A stretch of DNA of 64,000 nt from Botryllus schlosseri (GCA_051294905.1 CM119379.1:23312001-23376000), one strand, 5' to 3'; counted from the stretch's first letter, positions 1 to 14,756 are shown. Notes: generated from the sequence alone by a model not told the origin. Program-made: numbers and translations.

Positions 1-498
1 AGTATAATAATAAGAGAATAATGATAAGAGAACAAATTTCTACAAAAGTCAGATATTAGTCAAGATGACAAAATCCACAAATCGATTTTATATAAGAACA
101 AAGGTAATGGCAATCTAACTCTTCGTAGACCACCTCACGCCAATACCTTTATGATCATATCGAAACTAACATCACGCCAACACATCCAGGCTATGTCATT
201 GTCCTTGTCCATACTACTACTAATATGTGACGTAATAATTCATACGTAATAGCTCGAAGGAAATAATAGTTGTAATGACAATTCTGTGATAATTCTGATA
301 CACACAAATATTGTCGTTGTCGTCGTTTCTTTACACTGTCGTTGATTGAAGAATCCTAGGTTGTACGTATAGTTAACTAAGTTATAACTTAATACAACCA
401 AAAACTCCAATGTTAATTCTACATTCATGCATCGAACAAGCAGGTTGCCGGCTCGGAAGTCTCTGATTCAGATATTAATTTCCTACATGCCGCTTCAG

Positions 499-3400
499 AG
501 ACACTACGGTACAAAGCCTGACTGTTCAACCCACCGTGAAAGACGGAACGATCGTTTACGAGGACTCGCCTCTGGTGCGAGCCGTGAGACTGGGACACGC
601 GTTGGTGGTCGATGAAGCGGACAAAGCGCCGACGCACGTAACCTGCGTGCTGAAGAATCTTTTGGAGAGCGGACGCGCCACTCTGGCTGATGGGCGGAAA
701 ATCGTGTCCGGTAATTGGAATTGTTTTGTTCTGAGAATGTGGCGGGTTTGGCTTGGTGGATGTATAATGTTTGTTTCTGGCAGTGGTTTTCAATGCGAGT
801 AATATTGCCCTCAGGTGGAATAGTTTGAGAGAAAGGCGGATGAAAATGTGAGAAGAGTAATTTTGCGCAGAAATGTAACGCGCGAATAGCCGAGTTGCTA
901 AAATATTGCCACTCAAGTCCGTTACAACCTTGCGTGATAAGCAAATATATATTCATTCTTTAAAACAGATGAAGCCGAACTGAGCAATCTCCTGACGTCG
1001 TACCAGGACGAAGACGTGATCGTCATGCACCCGGGTTTCCGCATGTTTGTTCTCGCCAACCGACCCGGATTTCCATTCCTCGGAAACGACTTCTTTGCCG
1101 CCATGGGTGAGTGGCCGACGTTCTGACTTCTCTACGTTCTGTGACCAGAGTAAAGTACAAGTATATCGTTCCTGTCTGTCCAGGCGACGTGTTCAGTTGC
1201 CACGCCGTCGACAATCCCAGCGTCGAGTCTGAACTGAAAATGCTGCAGCAATACGGAGTGGACGTGCCTGAACACGTACTGCGGAAGTTGGTGGCCGCGT
1301 TCGGGGAGCTACGCGCCATGGCGGACGAAGGATTGATCTCGTATCCCTACTCCACTAGAGAGGTCGTGAACATTGTCAAGCATTTGCAGGTGGGTGATTG
1401 TGATTGCTGATAATGCAGCAGTGAGGGTGTCGACGATTAGGTTTGTCTTGCCTTGGTACTCTATTACATGTAGAATTAGCAATTTTCAAGAGTCCGTGGG
1501 CATGCGACACTTGAGCATGTGGGTAATAATTGGGGTGATGGCCAGGTATAGTTTAGATTGAGGATAGGGTTAGGGTTAGATTTGAGGTTGTGAAACCACA
1601 TCCCAAAGTGGCACATACTGAAGTGTCGCATGTGTCAGGCAACCAAGACTAAACTACTTCAAGTTGTGCCACAATGTGAAACATAGTCTCCTCATGGCGT
1701 AGTATCTGTAGGCAAAACGATTGAATACCCAGAAAAAGTTAAAAAGTACTTTGTTACTGACTATATCTGGCCAAATCACATCCTAATTCACACTCATAAA
1801 TTCATAAACAAGCCATTTTCTTATGCTACATTCATCAAGTGCCAAATACACAATATGTCCGCCGCACGCTGGGCCTGTTTTTCCGACTGTCTTAACATTG
1901 CTGTATATTGGTCACAGGAATTTCCGAAAGAAGGCCTCGCCAGCGTGGTTCGGAACGTTTTCGATTTCGACGCGTACTCGATTGAATCGAGACAACAGGT
2001 GGAGTCTGTGATGCACAAGCACGGCATACCCATCGGAGCGCGACCGCAAAACGTTGAACTTTCCAACCAGTGAGAAGATAATTTTCAATGTAGATGACAA
2101 CGTACCTTATCAGCGATTTCGCGCTCGATTAAAAGCTCGGTTGTTTTACGTTCTATGCAATAAATGTCAATCCCAAAATACTATTTGTGGTTTGTGAATG
2201 TAAATAGTGGAACACTAGGCAGAGTATATTCGTGGCCAAGTCACGACATAACTCTCGTGGTCAGCATTGTTGATGTGAACTGAGCTGTATTTGCAGGTTT
2301 CCTATGAACCCTCCAGAGCATTCTGGATTTTGGACGATAATGAACGATGCCAAAAAGGCGTGCAAACCGAGGCCAGTTAAGCTCAATGTGAAGGTAGATA
2401 TCGTTTTTTAGAATCGTTCGAGATCTTCAGAGTTGTTACTAAAGCTAAACTCCACAGGGCCCGGTGTATTTGCACGTTCAAGATTTTCCACTCGAAAGGG
2501 TTGAGGATCGGGCGCTGACGTTTTCCGAGCAGAGAGCGCACTGGCAAATTCCGAAGCTTTCCCAAGTGTCGATAATTTCCGACATCGCGACTACGAAAGG
2601 TCTGATTGTTAGTTTTGGCTCCTGTCAGGAATGAGCAATTCTACGAACAGAACTGCGAAATGCCACAAGCATTACTTGCTTTATTTCTAATAAGACTGCA
2701 GTATTTACAACGTTAAAGGCTTTATAGTAGTTGCAAGACCTAACATCTCATTAGGAATTAATGCCTCTAGTGGCAAGACTTTTTCAAATATTCGGTATCG
2801 GATGTCACTGTCACATAGCAATCATGAATACCTGAGAAAAAATTTAAAACTGCCGAATTTTATAGATCTTTTCTCAGACGTTCCAAACCAAGCTAAATTA
2901 GAAGCTCACTTTGTGGGCTGCACGATTTATTTTTGCGCATCCCTCCCTGGTCTACTGAAATATGTGCTCCAAATCGATGAGTTTTGTGTTCGTCCCGTCA
3001 ATCTTGATATTTGCCGCATTATTGCTGTGGTATACAATACACACGCGGATAAAAAATTGTGTGTGATAAATTTATTGTTAATAATGACTAACATCTGTGG
3101 CTACAAAAGCAATTTGTTAACAAAATCATTTGAAAGGGCGGAAAAGCTGTTTTTAGTAAGAAAGAAAATCGATGGGCAAAGATTTTCATGTTAAGATATA
3201 TCGATGGTCTTGACTTTGAGTAATAACAAGCATTGAACTATCACAATAGTGATGCTAACATGGTCCAAAACAAAAACTTTTATACCAACACCACCGCGTG
3301 TTATTTTTGTGTGGTGTTTTATTGTATTATGACATGGCCTACTTTGATCACCACTCACTATGTGGCTGTATAATTTAATGAATCGCACATTCAATTCAAT

Positions 3401-6400
3401 TGATTGTTAACAACTTCATCATTTCAATACACCACAAGACTGCGATACAATGGAAGATAGGAAGGTGTCGAAACAACTTGGAGTAGTCTTCGAAATCAGA
3501 CACCCACCTGGGCCTAGGATGTAAAAAGGAGGCATGCACACTGAATTTAACGTAAAGAAGTTAATACAAAGGGATATTACGAAACTTTCAGACAGCACAA
3601 CTGGCGATCAAGTGCATGTGGCCACGGTGAACACCGCCTCATTGTACTCGTACACGCAAGGCAGTCAGCACATCAAATTTATGGATCTTTTCGACGTGTT
3701 CCCAAACTCGGGACCCACTTTCCAAACGAGCGTAAAAATCGCGCCCCTCGGCAATCCGCTCCGCGGCCAAGTTCTACTGTTTGAAGAAAAGGTATTTTCC
3801 TGTTATTCTGTGCTTACACGGTTACAGAACTTCAATATACAATTGAATAATTTATCAAGTGCCAACCTAGTTTGTGCCACCAGATGGAGTTTGTGTATAA
3901 TCTAAAATAGTACATGGGGATATGATTGTTGATATACAATGTTCTTTCCAATTCTGTACTAGTGTCGGTGAAAAATATTCTGGTTCATTTTAATATGAAC
4001 ATATTATTCGATTGAATAGTATATTCATATTGAAATGAACCCGAATATTTTCGGCTGACACTCGTCAGAGTTGATCGTCAGCAAGTAGTAGAGAATTGGA
4101 AAAAACATAGCATATCGACAATTGTATCACAAAATATGACGTCACCAGCATCAAATTTCGACTGACACAGCTGTGTCAACAAATGGAGTTCTTGTATCAT
4201 CTAAAAGTAGTATATTGAATGCTCTCTTATTCGAAATTTCATGCTGGTGACGTCATGTTTTGTCATACGATGTTGATGTACAATGTTCTTTCCCATTCTC
4301 TACTAGTTGCTGGCGATTACCCCTGACGAGTGTCAGCCGAAAATATTCGGGTTCATTTCAATATCAATATACCATTCAATTGTATACTGAGGATCTGAAC
4401 CTCCAAGAAGCTATTCAAATATTATTCAAGTGCATGTTAATAGTTATTCCGTTTTTCAGTCCAACGTTGTCTTGGTGGCGGATACAAATTCTGGTTCCGT
4501 GCGTAGACTGGTGATACCAGGCGTCGACCGCGAACTGGGCATGGGATCTGTGGCTAATCTGTTCCGGCCCAAGCAAACGAGTCCGTCCATGTACAAAATG
4601 GCCGCCGAATACAGCAACGAGTTTGGCACGGTCGTCTTTTATCAAATGAACGGGTATGAATGCACACGAATGTGGATTATACCCAAGTACAGCCGAAAAG
4701 TGACTATTTGACTTTCGTGTCTGTTACTAAGGCAGGCAATGTCGCGTTTAACAAGCTTTGTCCAAAATAAGTCTGTTGACTGTGCACTGTATGAAGAAGA
4801 TGGTCTCCCAGTCACTGGCGTAGCAGCATGTGCTGCCGCCCCTGGCTCTCGCTTAAAATGCCGCCCCTCCCTAAGTAGGCCGCAGCAAATTTCGACATAT
4901 ATTCATGTTCAAGCAATCTTGTCAATAAAAATAATTACAAATAATATGCCGCGTCTCAGCCTCACCGTCTCAACGTTAATAAGGCCAAAAATAATAAAGA
5001 CAAGAAATAGCGAACGAATTGTGCAAATAGAAAATCAATAGCCGCCTCAAAGCAAAATCATTGATAATATCCTCAAATTTAAGTTTTTGAACGTAGTCTC
5101 TTTCTATACACAGAATGGATAGAGCTGATAGCCGATCATCATTTATGGTAGAACGTAAATAAGACTTTATCAGTTTAAGCTTTGAGAAGCTCCTCACACA
5201 GCTCGCAATTGAAACACCAATGGTCAGATGAAGTTTCAGACATGAGCATAAATATGGTGTCGAATCAAGTAGCTTTGCATTAACTAACCACTGTGAAACA
5301 TCAAACGCTCTTGCACTACGATCAAACGTGGTCTCGCTGCTCCGCACCAGCCTCTTAACCTTTTTAAAATCTCAAGCTGAACAACTTCATATGATCATAT
5401 CTTAATTTGTGTTCGTCCTAGAGGCCTCATATTGGTTTGTACGAAAAGCTAGCAATCTTCTGATTTATATGATCCCTAATTCGAAGGTATAAGGCATGAC
5501 AAGTTTCGCAGGTAACTCCAAAAAGTCCACCTCGTCGTCATAGGTGCTTCTAAAATCGCTGGTGAATAAATTGAGACTTTCGCTTTGCAGCAGCGCGTGG
5601 TAATTCAAAAATCCAAACATATCATTGAAGTGGTGTATGGCGGTAAACCTAGTTTCAGCTTTAAGTTTAAATCTGTCCAAAGCTTGAAACATCCATCGCC
5701 TAACTTCTTCAACAACACTGAGGCCAGCATCTTCTGATTGTTCGCCAGGCATTCTCCTTTTTCTGCGAACTCTCCGAACAATCGGCCTTGACGGCTATTT
5801 CGGAGTGGTTCCATCGCCATGTTAACATATTAATTCGTGTTTTCGGAATCAGCGCGACACTAGCTTTCGATTGAGACCTGTTTGATTAAATTTTAGCTCA
5901 CGGGACGCCAGCTATAGGACTACCAGCAATTACGCTTCTTTTAGCCGGCTGTGTACACTGTGCCGAGCGAGATAGTGATGCGTCCGGTTTCTTGATCGGT
6001 AGGTCGTGGGTTCGATCCCCGGCCGAGTCAGACCGAATACTCGAAAACTGGTATCCGCGGTTATCCCGCCAGGCGCTCAGCAATCACGGAGTAGAAAAAA
6101 AACGAGGGTGCAGACTAGATGACCTTACTATAAAGTCCGTATCGCATCTCCGTCGTCAAAGCACCTCGGTGGTGTAGGCGAAAAAAGAATACCATCTCTC
6201 TCTCTCTCTCTCACTGTGCAGCCTCATTTTGCCGCCCCCTTTGAGCCTGCCGCCCCTGGCGCAGAGCCAGAACCGCCAAGTGGCTGCTACGCCACTGCTC
6301 CCAGTAAAGTAAATATCTATCGAAACCAGGTTCCGAAGTTCAAGCTGAACTGAATTTAAGCTGCTGAAATGTATACGCGACTACCGCAATTGGACTGATG

Positions 6401-9400
6401 ACATTACCATCAACCTAGCTCGAGTGATATAGAATGGCTTACATTCATTATATAGTATTTTTCCTCAATGTTAACAGTTTCTGGCCCTATTTTCCGAGTA
6501 TCAGGATAGACGAAATACCGATAACGTTGTAACTTTACTATTCTTCGAAGTTACAATAAAATGTCTGTCTTGGCCTCCCTAGTCTTGAGTCATGCATAAC
6601 GACTCGAGTACAAGTCGAGTATGTACAAAAAATTCTAAAAAAATAAAATTATGGTCTTTTGTTACTGCTCACCTCTGGTTGTCATCCCAAGTGTATTGGT
6701 GTGTGTCGCTCCAGATATTGTGATTCTTAAGATTATTCTCCTATTTCCAGGAAGAAAATTTATCACGTCGACGCGATCGAGGGTAAAGTTCACGAATACG
6801 ATGTTCCGTTCATGATCGGGGGTTTCCACATGACCGAATACAACAAATGGCTAGTCACCGAAGCGGAAACCAATAGGTTCGGCGGCTGCGTGTGTGGAAA
6901 GTAAATTTTAAAATCTTGAATCTTTTGTGATTTTAGAAAATTCCTTCTGTCTGGGTCCGACGCTGATGTCCTTCCCAACTCTCTCAGACTAGTCAAGGAA
7001 GAGGGCGTAAGTAAAGGATTTGGCAGTTTCACGGGTAAGTTTCACGGTTCAGATGTAACCTTCATCTTTGACTCGGTACATAAGCAGGATTGAATTTAGT
7101 AGACAGTAAAGTCATATCCAATTGAAATTTCAAGGTCTAGCAACGAGTTTAGTATTCAGCGAGGTGCCGCAGTCTTCGAACTTTTCCTCGATTTTTCAGA
7201 GACTACCCAAGACGAATTGCTAGCGATTAGCGCCGAGGGCCTTTCCTCGGATACACTCAGCCAAGCGTTGCAGCAGTCAATATCTTCACCAAACAGAGTG
7301 GTCGTCGATAAGCACAATTTTGCGCACTGCATCGTTGGTTTCCCGGATTTGGAGGTAACAATGGAAATACTGTGAGGACTGAAATCATATGCCGCTTTTC
7401 AGCCAAGAGTTATATTTTACTATGGAATGTAGTTTTGATACGTCTTTCCCAACGTGGAAGCCTTGAAATCTTGATTTGTTGTGTCCATCCAGGATTATAA
7501 TGACACGAGTCGCAATTTTTTAGTGACCCGACTTGACTCGAGTCATTTTTTCAAATGCGTGCAATGAATCGACTCAAGTAAATTTTTGTTTTGACTTGCA
7601 CTCGAGTCAATGCACGTGACTCGAACCAAGTCATATGACTCGAGACTAGGACGGCCAAGACAGACATTTGATTTCACTTTGAAGAAATGTAAAGTCACCA
7701 CGTTATTGGTGTTTTGTCTACTAAGTCCTGATACTTGGAAAATAGGGCCAGAAACTGTTGAAACTGAGGAGAATTACTATATTATGAATGCGGGCCGTTC
7801 TATATCACTCGGGCACAGATGATAACAGTGGGTTGAACGGTATTGAACTGAACACGGAACATAATGACTTGAACTCGGACTCAAGTCACAACACTATGAC
7901 TCGGACTCGACGCTCTACTAGCTGACTTGACTCGGTGGTGAATTGAAAATGACTCGACTTGACTCGAGTAAAAACTATAAAAGTGAGATTGACTCGTGAT
8001 TCGGAACCTTGTGGTTTGGTTACTACCCTGGTCATATCACAACATCCTAAGCATGTAGTATAAAGCTACTCGCGTTAGTGCAAATTACATTTAAGTAAAG
8101 TCCTAAACATTCTGAACCACCCTTGGCGTTGTCACGAAGAGCAACGAAATGAATATGGTCCAAGTTATCTTTACGCGGTGTGGAAATGGCATTATTGTCT
8201 TTGTAGTCACATGAAAAGTACATAGTTAAATTTTCCTCTTCATCCATACTCTTATGATATGTTAATGAGTGATACTCAATTTAGAATCGAAATGCTAACG
8301 AACTCTAATTAGCCCGCTCCTAGTAATGATACAACAATTATTTATCGATGAGTATTGTACACACGCAGGCTCCAAGCGAAATACATTCGTTTTCGCGCGG
8401 CGACACGATCATTCCCGAGCAAAACCGGACTCATTTCCGCAATCCGCCTCCATCGCTTCCAGCACCGCCTTGCGCGGTACTCCCGGAAATTGGTCAGGTC
8501 GTTAGGATCGTGCCGACAAAAAGCGCACCCGACCAGGCGTTTGACAATGGTGAGAAATCTGGTGATTGCAAGCTCTAGTCCGGATACTGGTAACTTATCT
8601 TTGGTATTTTACAGAAGCACGAGCGGATGATGCTTCGTACTGCATAGAAGTTGCTGACATCAAGAACCACAAACTATTTTACCTACCTGTTCCAAAGTGA
8701 GTCGTCGAACTGGAAATTCCTAATGGTTTTGTGGTATTGGTAGAGCTATTCAACGTAGATTTGGTTGAGGTGAGGGGTCGGACAGCGCTACAAATAAGTG
8801 CAATTTTCGTCAATAAATTCAGTTACCGTGATATAGAACTATGCCGCCCGGTTGTTCTGACAATTTAGCACGTTACGGCCATCCAAACATATCCCGGAAT
8901 TTCTTTCTATTTTAAAAATTTGAAAGTGTTGGAAGCAATTAGTCTTGCCTTCAAAACTGTTCAAGTAGGGGGGGGAGTAGCATAAAATTAACATAACTAC
9001 TTTTGTAAGTTGCACTCATGCAATACCTACTTGAGTACTCCAAAGGTAAGTATTTTCGAAACTTAATTTCGATTTGAACGTTGTCAGCCCGCCGCGCATG
9101 TCACCCTACGTGTCCTGGCAGAAAATGATTTCAGAATCGGGCGTGATGATTTCGTCTGGAAGCGACAACATCGTATACACTGTCGACACTTCGGGGTAAG
9201 CGAAATGTCACACGTAACTCAGTTAAAATTACAACTTGGGTACCGTTACGTGTAGATGTGTACGCGAGTGGGAGACCGAACTTGCGGCTGTCTCTAATTC
9301 TCTCGCTGAATGGAGATCGATGATTGGTACGGACGCGGAAAACTCTCACATGCAGGTAATTACTTGCAATTGTAAGAAGGGCTGTAACCAAGCCTAGGTA

Positions 9401-12400
9401 CCAGTACTAATAGACGAAATACCAATAGCGTGGTAGCTTTACTATTCTTCGAAATTACAATGAAATGTCTGTCTTGACCGTTCATTTCTCGCGAGTCATA
9501 TGACGTGGTCCGAGTCATTTTCCGTATTTTGAAAAAATTACTCGAGTCAGGTCGAGTCACTACAATTCTGATTGTAAGTAGCGGTGGTCAAAATAGTTGT
9601 TGTTGGTACTCGGTAGAAATAAACGTAATGGTAATGAGTCAAATTTCTATACTCAAGTATAAGTAGTGATATCCAGGTAATTGAAAAATTATGTGTTCTA
9701 GATCTAAGTAGAAGGAAGTAAAAAAAGCATTGTAGGCAGGCTAAACTAAAGAAAGATTACTTCTTTACTGACCACCTCTGATCTGTGAGAGAAATTCCGG
9801 TACTTCAGATTACGACAGAAAAAGAGAGTGGAAGAGACCCGACTGCCCCAAAACACGGGAAGACAGATTCGAAGAATCAACCGCATGTCGGTGGCAACAC
9901 GTGGGCCGGCGGGACTGGCGGCAGCAGCACAGCTGGGCTCGGTGGTAAAGGCGGGCCGTACAGGCTGGACGCCGGGCATGATGTCACCCAAGTAGGTCCT
10001 TTTTGTGTAATCCATATTCATAGCTTGTTTTTTTATGTTATCCTATATTACTTTTAGTTCACTGTACAATGTACATGGCTCTTATTTTCACGCTCTAACC
10101 CAGCAGCCTAAATGCCAAGAGCTTTTTTCAGGAGGCCATGAAAAATGTTTGAAAAAATTTAGCATCTTCAACTCTACTCCACTGTGACATAAGAAATGAA
10201 TTAAAATTCAATAAAAACACTAGTACAGCAATTGAGACTAGCTCAACCATTACATCAACTGAATATGTAATAGCTTATTTACGTAGGCCCAATGACATGC
10301 TTTTTGTGTGTTGTATTGATGGCATTTTATTATTTTAACTCCCGGCCACTATATAAACCAGTTTTTTTAATTAAACTAACGTTTCTTAAATTTTAAAAAA
10401 TAAGGGGAGTCATAGTTTTTTCAATTTTTTTTGAAGGGTGCTGTGCACTGTGTAAAAATCGCTTGGCAACCCCTGCTCTAAGCCAAAATGGGTATCTGAT
10501 TGAGAGACGGCTCCAAGTCGTTTTGACATCATCATATCTTTTCATTCTATGACAATCTTGTGGTGTTTTGAATCGATCAAAATATCACTAAATGACTGAC
10601 CGAGAGTATAGAGAATTTTCACAATGCCGCAACGCAGGTGCCGGATTGGGAAAAGGAAGCTGTTCCGGAACACGTAAAGAAAGCAGCCAGGGAGATGGCG
10701 CAAAAGGCATTCCACCAAAGGTAGGGGCGTTTAGTTTGGCACAGGTTTTGCGATTTTTCGATATAATCAAGCGTTATATGTTTTAGGTTGAAGGAGATTA
10801 ACATGAGCGAATATGACGCTCATATGTATGAGAATTTCTCGGCGTCAGTACGTAGGCAAGTCAAGTCTCTTCGGATCATTATGGACAGTTTGCAGGTATG
10901 AACTTCGACAAGTATGGGCTGAGACACAAGTTATAACTAGAAACACCTACAGTTTTAATGTAATTCAGTGGTACCTATTTTTTTTTAACTGGAATCAAAT
11001 TTGAAGCAATATTGTCGTTGATAAAATCTCGCATCGCCAATGATAGTTCTCCAGTCAAGCCTGAATAGACAAACCAGATTACTTGATAATTCATATTTCA
11101 CTGATGATGCCGTTGGTTGAAGTCACAAAAGTCGTTCCATAGATAATAAAAATGCGAACTGGCTGCGGCTAAAGAAAACTTATCACTCAATTACTACAAC
11201 GTGTGAAAATTTTCTTCAAGCATATTCTTGTGCCGATTTGGTGCCTGCATATGCCAGTGTCTTAATTGATTATGTCTGGCCACAAATATCCTTAGTCTGC
11301 ATATATTTTTGCAGCCGTTGTGCTGACTTACCATAGAACTCAATTCCACGGTCAATGACAGCCTTGTCCCGTCTTACGAAAAGAGTTTCTTTTAGGCCAA
11401 AGGCAAAGAGCGACAATGGCATCGACACCAGACTAACGGTGAACTCGATGACATGAAACTCATCGAAGGACTCACGGGCGAGAAGAATATTTATAAACGA
11501 AGAGCTGAGAAGGAGCCAGAGGTATTGATTCGTAAATTATGTTCCGCCCATTGAGATCATACAAGATGCCGGCATTGGAAAACTGCAAAACACTGACCTA
11601 AGATGTCCAATAGTTAAAGTTGGCTGAATGTGCTGTTGACAGAGAAATTCTAATGTTATTCCATTGAACTAAAGACACTAATCATAATTTATGATCGTTT
11701 CCTCATTTAAAGCCTGGCACACCGCAGCAGAAGCCAAAAAGACTCCGAATAGTCGTCGACGTCAGTGGAAGCATGTACCGGTAAGAAACGATTCTATTCA
11801 TCTCTTTGATGTCCATATAAAATTTGCTTTCACTTCACAGATTCAACGGCTTGGACAATCGGCTTGAAAGATCGATGGAAGCGGTGTGTATGGCGATGGA
11901 AGCATTTGAAGGTTATAAAGATAAATTAAAGGTACTTCTATACGATGTGCTCTTACCGTCAACATTCCAAAGATGGAAAAGCAAGACGTTTCTCTGTTAT
12001 GGAATAATTAACACTGTCATTCAAGTTCCAGACTATTGCACATAGTTATGTTGGTGGAGCTCATACGTAACAATTCACATCCTGTACTACAACTACTCAC
12101 ATCCACCTAAGGTCAAAATAGTTTTTCAACTCTGCTCTAGTGATATAGATTGGCTCGCATTCATGATACCGTAATTTCCTCAGTCTTCACAGTTTCTGGC
12201 CCTATTTTCCAAGTATCACGACTGATAGACGAAACACCGATAATGTAGTAACTTCAGCACTTCACTATTCTTCGCAGTTGCAATGAAATGTCGGTCTTGG
12301 ACGTCCTAGTCTCGAGTCATGCGCAATGAATCGAGTACAAGTTGAGTCAATGCACAAATCAACTCGAGTCGAGTCATTTTACGCATTTTAATAAATGAGT

Positions 12401-14148
12401 CTAGTCGAGTCACCAAAAAATCTTGACTCGAGTCATGACAACCTTGGAAAAATCCAAAAACAAAATAGTTTGGCCTAAAAAACTGTTTGAATAGAAATGG
12501 AAGTAGTTTGAACACAGAGCCGCTTGAGCAAGTTGTACAAGTAAACAAAATGACTATTCAGAAAAAGTAGTACATCATCAGTGACCGCCTCTTCTTATGT
12601 GATCGTTTATCCAAAATAATTTCAGTACGACGTTTGGGGCCATAGCGGCGACGGTTATGAGATCGAACTGTTGAATTCGGAAAAACCGCCGCTGAACAAC
12701 AAGGAGCGGCTGAAAGTGTTACAAACGATGCACGCGCACGCCCAATTCTGCATGAGCGGAGACCATACGCTGGAAGCTACGGATTTCGCGATCAAGGTAA
12801 GCTTTCGACCGGGGTTTGAAATTGAGTACCTGGGTGATTCGATTCTGAATCCGCTATCGCTCAGTATGATATCATAGCCGTATGAAAGATGTGTAAAGTT
12901 CAAATATGTACATGTTATGGGACCACAAAGAATGTAATGCCCGTTCTGCATGACCATACCTATTTCGTTGCACTTTGTGACAACGCTGTGGGACATGGGT
13001 TGATAACGGCCTCACAGATTATGTCATTTCCACTAACGTGTGTAGCTTTTTACTGCATGTTTCGTAAGCTCCGATACGACCAATCGTGTTTCAAGACTTC
13101 AATAGTGGAAACTATAATTTTCGTTGATCAACTATCGCTTTGTGGTAAGGAGCGCATAATATCGGCACTCAAACCATTGTGCCCAACCCTAGCAATCTAG
13201 AATCGATTCTATTACAGTCTGTGAAAAATGAAGAGGCCGACGAGCACTTTGTGATTATACTGAGCGACGCCAATTTCGATCGATACGGAATCAGACCGGT
13301 TAGATTCACGGAAGCCCTGCAGCGAGATGAGGAGGTCAACGCTTTCGCGATTTTCATCGGATCTTTGGGAGACCAGGCCGAAAGGTATTCACAAATCCTT
13401 GTTAGGTGTCTGGAAGGCACTTTCAGGCGATTTTTACCACTTTCGCTTTGTAAAGATTGACTGAAGTGGTTTAAGTAACTAGCTGGTACTCAGGTAGAAG
13501 TAATGCTGTAAATTTTCTACTCAAATACAAGTACAAGTAGCGATTACAAAGGCATTTCAAAACTACTTGGTAAGTTTAGGTCTCTAAACGACTCGAGTAC
13601 TGTAAATTCGTTTCAAGAAGTGGGTTCAGTCGAGGAATCGCACACTTGTAGGACTTGAATTGGAGGTGACTTATTTCAAAACTTGCAGGGTGCATTATTG
13701 CAACTGCTGCAAAATGACTATATACACTACAAAGAAGTGCAATTTTCGAACATATATTGAATTACTGTGAATCTGTGATATAGGGGTTATTTCGTTGAGT
13801 TGTTCCGATAATTTCACTCGTGACGGTGATGCAAGCATCTCCCGAAGCGACTTGATACTTTACGAAATACAAAGCGTAAAAAGTGAGTATTTTTGCCTAA
13901 AAAGTAAAGTAAAAACTAAGTTCAAATGCAGATCATCTGTCTTTGTCGCTCAAGTGAGTCATCTATTGAGCGTCTGATATTGTGCTATGTATATGTATCA
14001 CAAACCGCAAGCCTCACTCTTACCTTTTCTCCTGTTTAGACTCAAAAAGCAGCTGCCCGCTGGAAGATCCTTCGTGTGTATGGACACGAAAAACATCCCT
14101 CAAATCATGCAGCAGATATTCACTTCTACCCTCCTCAGCACCAAATGA
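499..14148 (+). CDS. VWA8: von Willebrand factor A domain-containing protein 8 (AAA+ ATPase plus C-terminal vWA domain); 3' part, 5' exons lie left of the window
   Basis: 24 phase-compatible GT-AG exons: 499-710, 969-1106, 1184-1389, 1918-2069, 2297-2393, 2458-2599, 3592-3791, 4460-4653, 6751-6876, 6937-7034, 7200-7354, 8369-8549, 8615-8696, 9088-9195, 9256-9355, 9809-9991, 10638-10720, 10787-10895, 11396-11521, 11713-11780, 11841-11931, 12626-12796, 13218-13384, 14040-14148 (TGA). Diagnostic peptides: VVDEADKAPTHV (Walker B), LANRPGFPFLGNDFF, YPYSTREVVNIVKHLQ, PHVGGNTWAGGTGG, VDVSGSMYRFNG (MIDAS), LSDANFDRYGI, C-terminal IPQIMQQIFTST. Confidence 0.96.
4813..6297 (-). mobile_element. Internally deleted hAT DNA transposon in a VWA8 intron
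   Basis: TIRs CACTGGCGTAGCAGC (4813) and GCTGCTACGCCACTG (ending 6297), 1 mismatch. Perfect 8-bp TSD CTCCCAGT at 4805-4812 and 6298-6305. Minus-strand fragments encode the hAT C-terminal dimerisation motif (SIASCVRSFSKLKLIKSYLRSTINDDRLSALSILCIE, within 4976-5347) and further transposase-like sequence at 5465-5752. Confidence 0.9.
5963..6211 (+). mobile_element. tRNA-derived SINE nested in the hAT remnant
   Basis: B-box GGTTCGATCCC near 6008, central core CTGGTATC...GCGCTCAGCA, (TC)n tail, flanking CACTGTG repeat at 5956-5962 and 6212-6218. Head and core match the SINE at 45171. Confidence 0.8.
7490..8030. repeat. Copy of a ~500-bp dispersed GACTCGAGTC-rich non-autonomous element family
   Basis: Many internal GACTCGAGTC/TTGACTCG motifs. 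An opposite-orientation full copy lies at ~42350-42810, with partial copies at ~6410-6620, ~9380-9560, ~12140-12445 and ~62030-62110. Boundaries are approximate and no clean TSD was seen. Confidence 0.7.
10101..10475. mobile_element. hAT-type MITE inserted into a LINE 3' tail
   Basis: Ends CAG...TGCCAAG and CTTGGCAACCCCTG. Flanks CTCTAACC (10093-10100) and CTCTAAGC (10476-10483) match 7/8. The right flank continues as the LINE 3'-UTR seen elsewhere in the window. Confidence 0.6.
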
Positions 14149-14756
14149 ATGAAATTATGATGATGTATGTTCATTGTTCAATTATTTTTCAATCAGAAGA
14201 AATATAAGTCTCTATTCGATTCAAGTGTGGATTGTGTCTCATCGGCAACATGAGTACCGACAAGTGGTTATTTACGCAGGTAGATATACGGCTACAAGAA
14301 ATAAACGATCATACTCCAGGCTAACACGTATAGTTGATAGTCTTTTCGAATAACGATATAGTTAGTGAGTTGTTTTGAAAGTCGTTGTCAAATGCGCATC
14401 CATGCTGAAACCTTGAATCTGACATGGAAATATGGATGCAGCCAAAATAATGAGAAATTTTGTCAACTACGATGACACAACTTGACTGGAGTCACATAGA
14501 AGATCTGTGAGACTTGCAGTAACTCTCAGGTAGTGACGGTCGCTCAGGCAAAGTTGAGGTGTGTGGCAAGGTTAATCAAAGTGCAAGTATCAACAGACGA
14601 CGCAGAATTCATATGAAATTATGTATTTGGCAACAAACGACATAGACAACACTCTTCCTCCACCAAACACTTCATTCAAACTTTCCTATATATATTCATA
14701 AATTGTTCTTGCATAATTTCAACGGCGCGACCAGATCAGACGTTAAATCGCAGACA

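Noticed and set aside
425-1410. Overlapping minus- and plus-strand ORFs (425-916, 504-956, 1023-1319, 1047-1232)
   Set aside because: They are antisense or off-frame shadows of GC-richer VWA8 exons and contain no independent motifs.
1501-1632. 12-bp inverted repeat CATGCGACACTT around TAGGGTTAGGGTTAG
   Set aside because: Too few telomeric units for an interstitial telomere. It looks like a common small repeat; a similar GT-rich/AC-rich palindromic element lies at ~16640-17100.
2802-3194. 130-aa ORF in a VWA8 intron
   Set aside because: No recognisable domain, splice signals or codon bias; probably decayed repeat DNA.
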